From Strigamia acuminata (taxonomy: Eukaryota), in NCBI GenBank assembly GCA_949358305.1, contig OX442314.1, positions 7,006,001-7,070,000 on the forward strand: a stretch of 64,000 nt of DNA, written 5' to 3'. Under the pieces are notes generated by a model. That model saw nothing but the letters and a program-made list of their open reading frames with translations, was not told where the DNA came from and did no database searches. This document shows positions 1 through 13,800 of this stretch, piece after piece. How positions within the stretch are numbered: the first letter of the stretch is position 1; each line of letters starts with the position of its first letter. The translations under genes were made by a program, and so were the position numbers.

Positions 1-1622
1 CAATCAATTGGACAATGAATTAAAAGGTAACAAGTAACATGCATTGGAGTGAAGACACTCCATCATCCCCTCAATTGTGAACCAACTAGGGGAGCATAGT
101 AAATTCAAAGTAACAGTTTGACATGAAATGCAAATTTAAATTGAACAATAAAATACTTGGATTTTAAAACTACTGAATTATGCACGAAATAAAACTTGTA
201 AAATTGAACATAACATGAATTTTGATTCCAACAATGAATGCAATTAAACATTGAAATGCTAACATGATACATGAACAATAGTTGAATGAATTAGCTTGAT
301 GAATTAGCAGCTAGACGGGAGACGGAAAGGAAGTCGAAATGATTCTCTCCTTCACTCACAAGAAGCCTGAACAACAGAGGGCTAAATGTGGCCCCGTGCC
401 CAACGCGTACGGTAGCGTTTTGAAGGGCAAAAAGTGCGGCTAGACCGACGATGGTCCGTGACATCACTTGCGATGCACACGCCGGCACAAGGATTCGACG
501 ACTCCGGCTGGTCCCGAAACGGACACTGGGTATTGAAGAAACTACCCAAATGGCGTCTGTGGTTGTGACCAGTGATTTTCCGCGCTGAGGCAACCGTGGT
601 CGAATGTGCATAGATGTTGGAGACTGCACATGTGGCGAACTCCATCTGAATGGCTGACTGGTGAGCCTGAGCAAACTTCATTTCAGACTGACTGTTGATG
701 GTTTGCTGAATGTAGACACAACTCAACTCGTGGAATTGATCAGAATAGTTGCAGTGCTCCGAACGCAGCTGCAACGAAATGGTGAAATCTGCAGCGGATT
801 CCACCTGTCCCTGCACTCGGGTGTTGAAATGTCGACCGCGAGGAGGGGTTTTGAGTGCTGTTAATCGGCCTTTAACGTGGCGAGGGCAGCGAACGTCATC
901 TGCACAAGCTTCATTGGAAAACAGGTCAGCCAAACGTGTGTACGGCAGCCCGCCGACGATGCACAACAAAACAACCACTTTCTTCGTGTCATAGGTGATG
1001 CCACTGCACACGAAAAAGCAGTCCAACTGGTCAATGTAGTGGGTCCAGTTATTCTTGATGCAATATGGTTGCAGTGAACCGATACTTGAAGCGATCACAG
1101 AAGTTTTGCATGGAAAAGGCTTACATGGAAGTAGGCCTAACGGCATGGTCACGGCGTGGTCAAGGCGTGGTCACGGCGTGGTCAAAGGTCCGAAACAGCA
1201 CTTTACACTAATTTTAAGCGATTTTGTACATTACAGTTTGTGAGGTATTAATTGTTGATCTGTTTTGCATGATGATTTTCTTGAGAACACAGGAACAATT
1301 TGAAACAGGGTTAAACCTAACGTGTGGTCCGCGTGGTCAGCGTGGTCAGGCGTCCAAAAAGTGTCCAAAAAGTGTCCAAAATTCACCAGTTTTACAAAAA
1401 ACGATTCTGTAGCGTGGATTGGTGTCCCATCTCGTCGCCAATTAGTATGTCTTGACTAAATAATTAAACTGTAATGGAGCATGTAAAATAACGTGACCGT
1501 TGGTGTGTTGAGGTTTTACATAACTGACTAGTTTATTCAAAGATAGGTGGCGCTGTAGTAGCAGCGTCACAATATATAACAATGGTCAAGACTGACCAAT
1601 GGAGTGCGAGACACTCCAGACA
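1..1622 (-). mobile_element. Degenerate Gypsy LTR retrotransposon (5' LTR, PBS and decayed gag), inserted into the 3' LTR of Copia-1; runs off the left edge
   Basis: LTR 1448-1622 has TGTCTTGA...TCCAGACA termini. PBS near 1425-1440 (TGGCGACGAGATGGGA on minus) resembles the complement of the tRNA-Ser(GCT) 3' end. ORF 382-1152 resembles a Gypsy gag N-terminus (WTHYIDQLDCFF...KKVVVLLCIVG) but is frameshifted. Confidence 0.7.
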
Positions 1623-1744
1623 TGTTTAATGTAACAATAGATTTTGAGTACACAATATGCTTAATACTACACATTGTTATGTAAAGTGAATATATCTCTA
1701 ACATAGCCGCCCATATTCATTTCCGAAAAATCAATAAACTTATT

Positions 1745-4700
1745 TTACAAATCTTCAGTATAATCAATCAATCCCAACTTCCTACAGTCCTGCTTCAATT
1801 TCGTGTCCGGTAACGCTTTCGTCATCAAGTCTGCGTACATCTCATCCGTTGGGACAAATTCCACTCGATAGATGCCATCCTGGATATCTTGCCTAATGAA
1901 CGAGACTCGGCGATTGAAATGTTTCGTTCTGCCATGGTAACCATGATCCTTGGTCAATGCAATGGCTGGTTGATTGTCACAGTAGATGGTAACCGGTCGT
2001 TGGGCTTCTCGTATGTTGAGGTCCTCAATGAAGTTCTTGATCCACCTGACCTCTTTGCCCAGCTCGACCATGGCTGAAAACTCAGCCTCGCAAGTCGACA
2101 TGCGGGACTCTATAATACGCGCGATATTCAAATGCGCGACGTCGCGATTATGAATATCACGTTCATTCATAATCGCGAATTTGCGGATTTGAATAGTAAT
2201 GGTATTCATAACCGCGACATTCTGAGATCAACAAATTCAAATCCGCGACGTCGCTCTTATGAATGGACGTGATATTCATAATCGCGAATTCGCGGATTTG
2301 AATAGTAATGGTATTCTTAACCGCGACAGGAAATGTATATACCTGAAAATGCATAAGGTCGATGCAACATCACGCCTACAGTACGGACAACGTGGGGTGG
2401 TTCGTGCACGTTGGGCATCGGCCATTACACGGGCGCTGCAATTTGTGCAAAAGAAGGCATGTGGACAAGGTAACATTACTGTTGTCCTGACCTCCATTAG
2501 GTTAGGGCACATTCGGGCACATTCGCCACGGCCATTGTCGTCGCCGCTGCGGCAGCCCGCTCAGCCCACCCAACACAAAACGGAACGTTACGCGGACGTT
2601 ACGCGGACATTACGCGGAACATCACGCGGACGTGTTGTCGCGGTCATGAATGTTCACGAAACTTGAATCGAAACTTAAATACCGTCGCGGTTACGAATAT
2701 GGAGTTATTCGTAACCGCGAAATCGCTGTTATAAAGAACTGTGGTATTCTAAACCGCGAATCTTGCATTCGCGGTTTTGAATATCGCGCGTATTATGGAT
2801 CACCCGACATGCATACTAACTTTAGTTTCTTCGCCTGCCAGGTGATAACCGTCCCGTTCAACATCGTAACGAAATCTGCAAAAGACTTTGCATCCACATC
2901 ACAAGAGTTCCAGGATGCATCTGTGTATCCGGTCAAATCCGCAGCACTGCCCGTATACGTCAACCGATAATTTGCCGTCCCCATCAGGTATCTCAGGATC
3001 CTTTTTGCTGCCAACCAGTGAGCTTGCTTTGGGTCGTTTAGCCACTGCGAAAGAAAAGAAACTGCAAACGCAATGTCCGGCCGCGTGCCCTGTGCCAAAT
3101 AAAGTAGGGCACCAACGAGCTCCCTATATGGCTTGTCTGCAGCTGAGGGTCCCAACGGGTAACCTGGGGCGTCCAACTTCTGTGACACATCTAACGGAGT
3201 TTTGACCGGCTTAGCCTGTAAGAGACCAAATCTTGTAATTAATTCCGCGATATATTTGGTTTGGTCCATGGTAATCTCGTTCTTCTCATTGTTTTGACTT
3301 ATGCGAATCCCTAATAGGGACTTAATCTCTCCCAAGTCAATAACCTTTATCTCCTTTCTAATTTGCTTCATCAACTGGTCTAATAAACGATCATCATTGT
3401 CCAAGGTGATTAAATCGTCCACATAAGTGGCCACAAAAATTATGGATTGTCCCATAGTGTATTTATAGACACACTGTTCTGTCGGATGCTTCGTAAATCC
3501 CACGGCAAGTAAAACTTTCTCCAACTTCTCGTGCCAAGCACAACCCGCTTGGGGCAAACCATATACCGCCTTCTCAAGTAAACATACTTGAGTTGTCCGA
3601 TCGCCAAATCCTTCGGGTAGCTCCATATAGACTGTCTCCTTCAGGCGGGCATGCAAATATGCCGTTTCGACGTCGTGGTGCTTGACGCGAAGTCGGCGTT
3701 TCGCTGCTAATGCCATCAGTATTCTCACCGTGGCCAACCGTACTACAGGGGAATAAGACTCATCATAATCAACCCCCTAAATGACGTTAAATCCCTGCGC
3801 GACTAATCTTGCTTTGTATCGCGTTATGCGTCCCTCCTGGTCAGTCTTTAACGAGTAGACCCAACGAAATCCAACTACCTTCACATCCGGAGGTCTATCA
3901 ACAACTTTCCAAGTCTTTTGCTCGCTATGTGACCTTAGTTTGGCTTCCATTGCCAACTTCCACGATGCTGCTTGAGGGGAAGCCAATGCTTGCTTATAAT
4001 TCTTGGGAACTATAACCGGACCTGAGGTGTTGGTATCCATAACGTGAGCTACGTTGGCGTTGTCCAAAACAGGCGGTCGATTCCGGGTTGTCCGGTGTCT
4101 CCGCCAATCTATCGTCTCATAAGGCACAGGGGGCCGCCTAATTCTCTGTGGGTACCTCCGAACTGGGCCGCATTGCGGCAATTGGGCCGCCGGGTAAATT
4201 GGGACCCGCTCTGTTGGATCCAATGAAGGTGAATGAATGACCGGAACCTCCTCGGGTAAGTCCGGTACCATCGGTTCATCCAATCGGCCATCGTCACGAG
4301 CCAAGGATCGGGCATTGGGCAGCAAACTCAAACCCAAAGCGTCCTCATCAAATTTGACATCTCGTGGAACGAAATATTTTCGAGCTATTGGGTCATAAAA
4401 ACTCCAACCGGGAGTACTGAATGGGTATCCAGTAAATATGGCTCTCTTGGCCCGGGGTTCCAATTTCGAACGGTCCTGTGTTGGTATCCATGTGTAAGCA
4501 AGGCTGCCATAAATCCTCATGTTTGCCACATTAGGTTTACGACCGGTCAATCTCTGAATTGGGGTTTTAGAGGCAAAACGTCGCATCTTGGACCTATTGG
4601 AGGCATATGCGGCAGTTTCAACCGCATCTTGCCAAAATTGAGTGGGCAGTTTAGCGTCCAATAATAAGGTCCTTGCGGCGTCCAGCAACTTCCGGTTTGC

Positions 4701-6581
4701 ACGTTCCGCGACGCCATTTTGGGAGGGGCTGTACGGAATGGTCAGCTGATGGTGGACACCACGGCTGGTCAATAAATCTTTAAATACTGTGTTGACGAAC
4801 TCAGTACCGTTGTCGGATCTCAATCGTTTTAATTTCGCCCCAAATCTCTTCTCGTAAAGTAATAAAAATTTCTTAAATTCTTCCATCGTATCCGACTTCT
4901 TCTCCAAAAAACGAGTGAAAATCACTCGGGAGAAGTCATCCACTATTGTAAAGATGTACCTATTTCCTTTTATCGATTCATGCCTAAATGGTCCACATAA
5001 ATCGACATGAAGCATTTCCATGGGGCCAGATGCCGTAATGTAATTAGTAGATACGAAGGGGGATTGCGTCTTCTTCGCCATAATGCACTTGTCGCACAGT
5101 TTCGGATCTCGGTCGACATTTAACTCCATACCCTCAACCAAGTTCCGGTACACCATCTCTCGCAATGACTTGAATCCCAAATGCGCCAATCTACGGTGCC
5201 ATAAGATTACTGATAATTTCGCAACTTTTGTCCCGGGTTTATCTCTACCCCCGGTGGAAGACAGTCCAATGTCCATCGGGGGAGCGGGGATTAACCGATC
5301 TTGAACTGTCCTATTCAATCGGAATAATCCCTCAGTCTGGATTGCCTCAAAAATCTTTATGCCAGTCATCGTTGATACGACACACTTATCGTCCGAAAAT
5401 GCCACCACATAACCTTGCTGCACTATGCGTGCAACGGACAGTAAGTTCGTTTTTAGTGAAGGGACATATTTCACATCAACAAGTCGAATTATTTTTCTCT
5501 GGTTGCCTAACCATAAAACTAAAAGCACAGTTCCAGTTCCCACAGAGGGCACTTTGCGTCCATCCGCGAGAACCACTTGTCTGCCCGGAGACAAGTCTAA
5601 TTGTTCAAAACACGTCACATCATTTGACATATGAGACGACGCACCAGAATCCATATACCATGTCGGGTCCTCGTTGGTGGCTGATCCAGTCGAGGATTGG
5701 AGCAGACACGTGGTCCGGTTGTGAGCGTGCATCGCGTAATCGACCACATACTGCAATTCATCCGCCTTCGCAGATGTTGAAGGCTGCTGGACAACCGCCA
5801 CGCTGCCATTCGGCCTTCGCCCTCTAAAACTACCCCGTCCACGGGACTGGAAGCGAGCGCGAATCTCAGCAGCAGCCCTCGGGTCAACTGGTTGCCGACA
5901 TTCAGCATACCGATGGCCCAAACACCCACAATTCCAACATTTAGTGGCTTGCCTGCCGCCCCGACCGGCTCCTCCGCCACGCCAAGATCCCGAGTTTCCA
6001 CGTCCGCTAATTCCATTAGTTCCTCGCGCCCAAGCAGCGCTCTCGATCTTCAAATCTGCCGAGGCGGGCAATGTCGTACGCCGTAGCTCTTCTGCTTGCA
6101 ATGCACGTCGGGGAGTTTGCATTTTTAGAGTGCTGCGCCCGACTACGTCCCAACTCGTCACAACGCCTCTATACTCAGGTGTCAGGCCTCTCAAAACGTG
6201 TGCGCACAGCTCGGCCTCGTCAATTGGTGCCCCGATCGAATTCAGCTCCTCGGCGACCGATATCATCCGATCCAAATATGCCGCCACTGTTTCAGTCGGT
6301 TTCATCCGAATATGAGCAAGTTCCACTCGCTTTTGGACTTTCAATTCGGCAACTTCACCTTGATTCTCGATCTTTAATGCGTTCCAAGCTGCCTATGTTT
6401 TGACCCGCTCCTTGAACGCCTCATCGGTTTCACCAAGAGTTTTAATTGGCACATCATCAATAATCACGAACCACGCCTCTCTGGACTTGAGCAAAATTCG
6501 GACTCGGTACTCCCACGTCGGGTAATTACGTCCGTTCAACTTTTCAACGTAAGTAATGGCGGATTCTAGCTTGGCCGCCAT
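1745..6581 (-). pseudogene. Copia-1 polyprotein, disrupted
   Basis: Gag start 6581; in-frame TAG at 6393-6395; CCHC knuckle (CWNCGCLGHRYAEC); protease WYMDSGAS; GAG-pre-integrase LWHRRLAH; rve core (VDDFSR, LRSDNGTEF, NGVAERANR); frameshift near 3777; RT YVDD. RNase H is split by the 2104-2804 insertion (LVCMS|TCEAEF...IYCDNQPAI...ADLMTKAL). Confidence 0.93.
2104..2804 (-). mobile_element. Non-autonomous foldback DNA transposon (probably Mutator-like) carrying a RING-finger fragment
   Basis: TIR core ATAATACGCGCGATATTCAAA at both ends, with modular subterminal repeats. 8-bp direct repeat CGACATGC at 2096-2103 and 2805-2812; removing the insert restores the Copia RNase H frame. Internal ORF 2276-2512 has PCPHAFFCTNC...CPYCR. 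Confidence 0.8.
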
Positions 6582-7258
6582 TTTTTAATCGAATCTTCTC
6601 ATTCGTACCTCATTTCGTGAAGAATTGATGTGATCAACTGCGGCACCGACCTCAAAATTTCGATTTATCAAATATTCCTTGCACTTTAAATCATGTTGGG
6701 CCCATAACCCATGTTGGATAATTTAGCAGAAGTCCCAATTGGGAAAGAGTTCACACAGTCTTACATGTTTGGTTGCAACTCACTAGAACGACATGTTTAA
6801 TGTAACAATAGATTTTGAGTACACAATATGCTTAATACTACACATTGTTATGTAAAGTGAATATATCTCTAACAGTATCCAGTTCCTGTACTGACTTAGT
6901 AGAAAGCTATATTCGTGAGTATCCAGTTCCTGTAGTCAAGGATTGGAAGGATTCTGCTGACCAGTGTTCTTATTGGAGCAATGGTCAAACTATTGTCTCG
7001 GCTTAGTATATATTTTCCTTCAACCGGAAATATAACTGCTCTTGTCGTGATATTTGTTTGAAACCTTGTAAGTTAGTTACTTGAGCCCTTTCTACTACTT
7101 CTGTTTTCAGCTGGCTGTGTAACATTTTATGTATAGTTTAGTAGTAATAGTAATTTGGCAATTTGTCGCCTTAGAAATTGTTTAACTTCTATTTTAGTAA
7201 TAAATGTTAATGTTTTGATAATTCCCTGATTCATTCTTTTTTATCTCACATGTTAAGT

Positions 7259-8320
7259 TGTGGTGACCTAAAATATTCCTATTTGAGTGCGCACCATATT
7301 TCCAAATCATCTTAGAACAAGAACAAATAATATTCTATGTTCTATTTCAATGTAAGTTTAAATAAAACATATACTGCCATAGTTAAATAAAAGACACAAT
7401 ATTACTCAAATAATATTGTCTCTTTCAGCAAGTTTTGGCCCAGCAACAGCGTCAACCAATTACGCTGCGGCATGCAGTGCTTTGATGATGCTGCTGGCGC
7501 ATGCCTGGGCAGAGCATCCCCTCCTCTCGTGCGTGCCTGGCTCAATTGTTGCACACGACCCGAAGGCAGCCGTGTGTAATCTCTACGCAACTCGTCATCT
7601 GCGCAGCTTTACTGAGCAGATTTTGGAGTAAGCCAAACGGTTTTGGCCCACTCCTCCCGCACTTTTGATTCCACTTCCAAACCATTCACAACCGTGTCAA
7701 ATTTCTGCCTAAAACTGCAAAGTGTGATCTGTGATATCTGGAAGAATTCAGACTCATTGCTGGTCCGTGCCAACTGTACGGAATAGCGCCTTACTGCTTG
7801 ATTTACCGCGTGTGATTTAAGCCATTTCTGTGTGGAATTGACATTGAGCTTGCTCTGTCAATTCGAGGTGCTTTGTGTCGAGTCTAACTCCACAAAGCAG
7901 TCTGTGTGAAGACGGATTATTACGTCGAGCTTGCTCCGTGATAATCAACCCACTGTGTGTACGACGTATTCTCGTGTTGAGCGTGCTCCACGGGAAATTT
8001 TAGGTGTGTTTAGAAGTAGGTTTTTGGCATTGAGTTTACTCTGCCAAAATCCCGCGCTCATGCAACGCCATCGACGCCATCTTGGAGCCGACCGAGTACG
8101 AGAAGAAGTCAGATCGACCCAGTCATTACAAGCTCATTTATTTCCCAATTATCATGTATTTATAGAACAATTAAAGCAATCTTATTATTCCTTTACTTTG
8201 TGTTAAAATCATTCCCCTAGACAACCATTTGGCCACAGAGTAGAAGTCCTAACGACATCTCGACGACGATTACCTGTTAAGTTTTATTTAATTTAGCAAG
8301 TGAAAACCCGGATCGCCGCA
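7259..8320 (+). mobile_element. Diverged solo LTR related to the Gypsy at 36899-49266
   Basis: Starts TGTGGTGACCTAAAATATTC and ends AACCCGGATCGCCGCA, like the reverse complement of the young LTR termini. 4-bp TSD AAGT at 7255-7258 and 8321-8324. Confidence 0.8.
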
Positions 8321-9002
8321 AAGTTCACTTGTTTAGCTAAAGCAAACTATCTCGCGCGTTATATGTATAGTAGGTGACATTTCAGCTGCAGGTAAAACAT
8401 CGTCACAAAGTCAATTATAAATCAATTAACAAACATATCTTTCCATATTGAATTTATCATAATATTCTAATTCCTTGAATTTTCTGTAAAGTCAACTAGT
8501 CCAATTTGTGACATCGTCACAAGCAAATGAATCTTTCATTGGTTGTGGTGATCTCAAAATGTTTCACCACTTAGGAGAAAAATATTAATTATTTCCTAAT
8601 TAATTTGGCTTGGCACACGCCGAGTCAGATCATGTGACCGAGGGGAGAAATCTTCCCTAGGCACATATCACCCCAGGTTGGCCGGGGTGAAAACGGTAAT
8701 TAACCGTTATGGTGCAATAATCCCTTGTTGCACCAGTTTTAGCTAATTGCGCAGATTATCTGCGCAATATTGAAGCGTGCCGGGCTTGCGCCCTCGCTTC
8801 AATCGGGACTTTGAATTATACAACACAACCCTCAACATCACTGCTTTTTGCTAAGACTGAAAAGTATTGATAGAAGACCGTGTTTTATCCAGTTTCACCT
8901 GCTTTCCTTGTGCAACACCATGCAAGGCAAGCTATCCGCGTAGATCAACCGCTGTTGATTTCCGCATTCGAGAAGAGAAGTTCCCTATCGTCGTAAACCA
9001 CC

Positions 9003-9153
9003 GCCATAGCAAGTGCGCGAACACTTGCCATCGCAAGTGCGCGAACACTTGCCATCGTAAGTGCGCGAACACTTGCCATCGCAAGTGCGCGAACACTTGC
9101 CATCGCAAGTGCGCGAACACTTGTGATCGCAAGTGCGCGAACACTTGCCATCG
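9003..9153. repeat. 24-bp tandem repeat, about 6 copies, inside the solo LTR
   Basis: Unit GCCATCGCAAGTGCGCGAACACTT; it produces the repetitive spurious ORFs (HRKCANTC)n. Confidence 0.95.
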
Positions 9154-9506
9154 CCGTCGTACGCCGAACGGACGCCTGCCCGACGTGAACCACCGCCTTC
9201 GTGCCGTCGTACGCCGAGTGGAAGAACTCACGAGAACCATCGTCGTTCGCCCGACCATCGTTCGTGAGTTTACAAAAGACGAAGTCTTCAAACAGCAACC
9301 GTTGTTAAGCGCCATTACGTCGCTTGTTGCTCGCAACAGTCGTTGCGAGCCTTTCCATTGTTATTCTCCTTTAATCACAATTTATTCATATTATTATTCT
9401 CATTTTTATTGTATAAAACCGTAATAAAAAGTGTGCATTTGAATTGATAAAAACTGTCGTTTTATTTCCGTAAATTAACCCTAGATAATTTAGGCCGCCG
9501 ATATAA

Positions 9507-9989
9507 TGCTATGTTCACACTTAAACCACTTTTCTAGAACTTATCATTTTCTACAAGTCTAAGTCCTACAAATCTGAAATCAATTGTTCACACTTAAGGA
9601 TAGTTTTGTACAAGTGTCAGATTGTTAGGGGTTTGCATTGTTGCTTATAGCTAATGATCTATTAAAGATAGAAACTTCTACTTTTTTTTAAAAGAAAGAG
9701 GGATGCCAGTTTAGTAAGCCGACATATTTTTTAAATTTTTTTTCCACATTAAAAGTTGACAATTTTGGGGTCGAAACGAAAGTCCGCGATCTATTTCCAC
9801 TCTATCGAAACGAACAAAACACATTTTTGTTTGTATTTCACGAACTATTAGTGCTAGAAATACGTTCTTTTTTTGTAGAAAAGTCTGCTATCTTGTTTTG
9901 AGTACTAGAAAACCTTTGGTAGTGTGAACACAGGTTTTCTACAAAAGTGGCTGGTTTTGTACAAACGTGGTTTAAGTGTGAACATAGCA
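9507..9989. mobile_element. PIF/Harbinger-type MITE
   Basis: TIR TGCTATGTTCACACTTAAACCAC at both ends; TAA TSD at 9504-9506 and 9990-9992. Confidence 0.88.
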
Positions 9990-10819
9990 TAAGTCCTTCG
10001 TGGCATTCAACTGCGGTAATTCGAACAGATTAATTAGTAATTTGTTTGAAATAACCCGGATCGCAGCACATTATCATCTCAAAACAAGCTTGCAAGTTTG
10101 TGTGTGGTTAATGCTAGTGCAATGACCCATTGTCAACCGATAACTGACCGCAGATTAGCTGGTCAGTCGATGTTCAGAACAACGAAAATGAAAATAAATG
10201 TGATAAATTGGGGCTAATATAAGGTGCGGCACAAAAAATTATGAACACGTGAAATTTGTTTGTTTTGAATTGATCTCGTCATTTTATGGTTTTCTCACCT
10301 ATTCCAATCGTTTTTTCACATCAAAATAAGCAAGAAACCTTGTTTTTTAACATGGAAACTTTTATTTTTCTCTCGTAATCAACTAAAATGAAAAAACACC
10401 CTGGTTCAAAAAATTATGAACAGTTGGTTAACAATGATTTATGACAATGTAGGCAATGATTTAGTACCATTTAATACCAAATAAAGTTACCCTACTTTAG
10501 TATAACTATGTACACCCTGTCTAACATGGAATTAATTAGTGATTTTAATGTGGTGTTTGTTATATTTCGTAGAATAAAAAGTCAGTTTGAAGAGGAGAAA
10601 ACAGAAACAACCTTTTACTCGGCAAGAATAATACAAAGTGTGAAAAGAAACAACGGCACGCGACGTGCACTATATTATTGGTTTGAGCATGCGCAATTAC
10701 CCCAACAAATCCCCTGTTAATTGTGAATGCTCGCACAAAGTTCAACGAAAAAATCAAGAAACAACTGTATTCGTATTTTAAAACTATGCTTAAAAATAAA
10801 TCTTCAATCTTCAATCTTT

Positions 10820-13800
10820 TCAATCGATTTGACTCCAAGCGCGTGGCGACTCATGTTCATCTTTGCTATCGGCCTTGGTTAGAAAATCCACAATCAGGTC
10901 TTCTGACGGGACGTGGACCAGGTGTACATTCCCCAACTTGACCTCTTGGCGGACGTACATCAAATACTTGTTCAAGTGTTTGGTCCTACCATGTTGGTTC
11001 GATCCACAGATGGTCTGGATCGCTGGCAAACAGTCCGTACTGATCGGTATGCTTCGGGGTACGGATTCTGTTTGTCCGAGCTCGCACAGGAGACCACGTG
11101 CCCACTTCAGGGTTTTCAGCAGGTCGCACATGGCGAGCGTCTCGCTTTCACACGTTGAAAGCGCGATCAAACTCTGCTTTCTTGTTTTCCAGCAGACGGT
11201 GGCTTCCCCGATCTTGACAAGGAAACCCGAGTAAGATTTGGCGTCCTTTGCCGTGTTCCAACTTGCGTCGCAGAACCCGTGTAGTTTTCCTCCTTGTGCT
11301 GGGAAAAATAGGCGCATATTCTGCGTACGCTTGAGGTAACTCAACACTCGTTTTATGGCGTTGAAATGAATTTGCCTCGGACTCCTCGAATAAGTGGACA
11401 GCTTGCTGACGGCGAAGGAAATGTCAGGGCGTGACACAATCATGAGATGCATAATGGAGCCCAAAATTTGTTGAAAAATGGTGCACTCCACCTCCGGCGA
11501 TTCTCCGTAAACGTCCAAATCCTGCCCCACGACAAGAGGGGTAAGCGCTTTGGCTCGGTCATCCGGAGAAAAACGCTGGAGTACTTCTTTGATGTATTTT
11601 TGCTGCTCAATCCAAATCCCATCATTGGTAATTTCGATTTCCATGCCCAGCAAATAGCGAATTTCACCGAGATCCACAAGTTCGAAGACCTTTTCAAGAC
11701 CTCTCATCAGCCACTTCATAATGGTTTTCCCCCTGTATCCCGCGGCCATGTCGTCGACATAGATGCTAAGGATGACAAATTCGGTGCCTCTTCTGTAAAT
11801 ATATACACAATTATCATTAATGAGTGGCAACAGGCCAATTTCCAGCAGTTCCTCGTCCAGACGCTCGTTCCAGCAGCGCCCAGATTGGCGCAAGCCGTAC
11901 AAGCTTCTTTCGAGTTGACAAACTTCATCGTTGCCTTCTTCAAAACCTTCCGGTTGAATCATAAAAATTTCTTCACTGAGTCTTCCGTGAAGATAGGCAG
12001 TTTTTACATCAAACTGCCTGGTTTTGAGTTTGAGTGTTGCAACCATGTTGAGAAAAATGCGCAGAGATTCCATTCGAACGACAGGTGAAAATGTTTCCGT
12101 GTAGTCGATCCCAGGCCTTTGCGAGCACCCCACGGCGACCAAACGAGCTTTATACTTGTTGATGCTGTTGTCAGAATTCAATTATATTCTGAAAATCCAT
12201 TTGCTGCGTATGGTTTTCATGTGGGGTTGCCGCTTGACGAGTTTCCAGACTTTGTTGACGTGAAGAGAATCCATCTCACTCTTCATTGCTTCAACCCATT
12301 TCTCCCTGTCTGGACACCCCATCGCTTCAGCGTAGGTCTCTGGTGTGAACAGCTCCTCCGTGGCGAGATTCGCAGCTTCACGCTGGTCCATTAGGCGCTG
12401 TGAGCGTCGTACGCCCGTCTCAACCAGGTGCTGTTCCCGTTCCCGCATCTCCAACTCGTGGCGCAAGTTTGTTGCTTCAGCCGTCGCGCCCCTTGGTTGA
12501 CCAACAGGACGGTTTGGCTCTGGTTCTTTGTCGTGCGCAGGGACATCGGCGTCGCGCGCATTTGCAACGTCGCGCGCATTTGCAACGTCACGCGCATCTG
12601 CATTTGCAGGATCAACTTGCTTTTCAAAAATTGGTTCGTCCATGAATATCTCTGCCTCGTGTCTTGCGCAAAAACGTTGATCGTCAAAATCACTTCGTTT
12701 GAGGCGGAAAAAATCGGCTTCGCGCGTGAATTCATCAAATACTACGGATCTTGCTTCGACTATGTCGTCAGTTTCTGGATCAAAAACTCGATAAGCCTTG
12801 CGGTCAGTGGCGTATCCAACGAAAATTCCTTGTCTTGCTTTGCTGTCAAGTTTGCGCCTTTGCTGCGCAGGAACGTGTGCCCATGCCTTGCATCCAAAAA
12901 TACGAAGGTATGCCACTGTTGGCTTGCGCTGCGACCATATTTCCGCTGGGACCACGTTTCCATTCGGCTTGGTCATTACTCGATTTTTGACGTGTACGAC
13001 TGTCGCGAGCGCCTCGGCCCAAAAACGTAGCGGCAGCTTGGATTCCAGCAGTAGTGACCTCGTAGACTCGATGAGTGTCCGGTTGCTGCGTTCCGCGATT
13101 CCATTGCTAGAGGCGTTGTACGGGACCGTCAACTCGTGTTTGATGCCCTGCTCTTCGCAAAAACCACGGAATTCGTTGTTGACAAACTCTCTGCCGTTAT
13201 CCGTCCGTAGGCGACGTAACTCGTGTCCAGTCTGTCGCTCGTTGAGGGCTTTGAAAGCCTTAAAGAAGGTCAAGCTCTGAGATTTCTCTTTCAAAAAATA
13301 CGAAAATTTCATTCTCGAAAAATCGTCCGTAAGAATCATTGCGAATCTGCTGCCCGACAGAGAAGGAACTTGGAAAGGCCCCACAAGATCAGCGTGGACG
13401 AGTTCCAGAGTTTTTTGGGACTGCTTTCCTTTTATGCGTTTGAAGGGGGTCTTGGTCATCTTGCCCTGCACGCACGAAGAGCACGTTGGCAGTTGTTCAT
13501 CTTTAAACTTCAGCCCATGTACCACTTCTTGGTCGCGCATCTTGACAAGAGTTCTTTGGCCGACATGGCACAAACGTCCGTGCCACAACTCTTTCTCGCT
13601 CACGTGTCCAGCTTCAGCGACTGGCTGATCTGCGCCGCTCACGTCGTCCGCCAGGCACGCATTTTCGTGCTGCGTCTCCATCAAGAACAAGTTCCCACTT
13701 TTGGTACCTTGCGCAATGGTCTCGCCAGTTGGGTCAACGACGTTGGCGACATCCTTCTCAAAAAATACCTTGTACCGTCGCGCAGTCATTTTGAAAACCG

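Larger units (their letters stand above)
1623..6874 (-). mobile_element. Copia-1, defective Ty1/Copia LTR retrotransposon
   Basis: 5' LTR 6712-6874 (TG...CA). The 3' LTR remnant 1623-1703 matches the right half of that LTR. PBS GGTTATGGGCCCA at 6697-6709 is the Drosophila-copia-type iMet half-tRNA site. Domain order is gag-PR-IN-RT-RH. Confidence 0.95.
8544..10068 (+). mobile_element. Solo LTR of the same Gypsy family, interrupted by a MITE
   Basis: TGTGGTGATCTCAAAAT...ATAACCCGGATCGCAGCA, with long near-identical blocks to the reverse complement of 36899-37871 (e.g. CAGATCATGTGACCGAGGGGAGAAAT). The TSD is imperfect: CATT is offset by 3 nt on the left. Confidence 0.88.

Noticed and set aside
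7931..8206. ORF with SRVERAPREILGVFRSRF, reminiscent of a Harbinger transposase C-terminus
   Set aside because: It lies inside a TSD-bounded solo LTR and no other catalytic motifs were found; probably chance.
9003..9153. CRISPR-like or Cys-rich repeat protein
   Set aside because: Head-to-tail 24-bp repeats without spacers, inside an LTR, in eukaryotic DNA.
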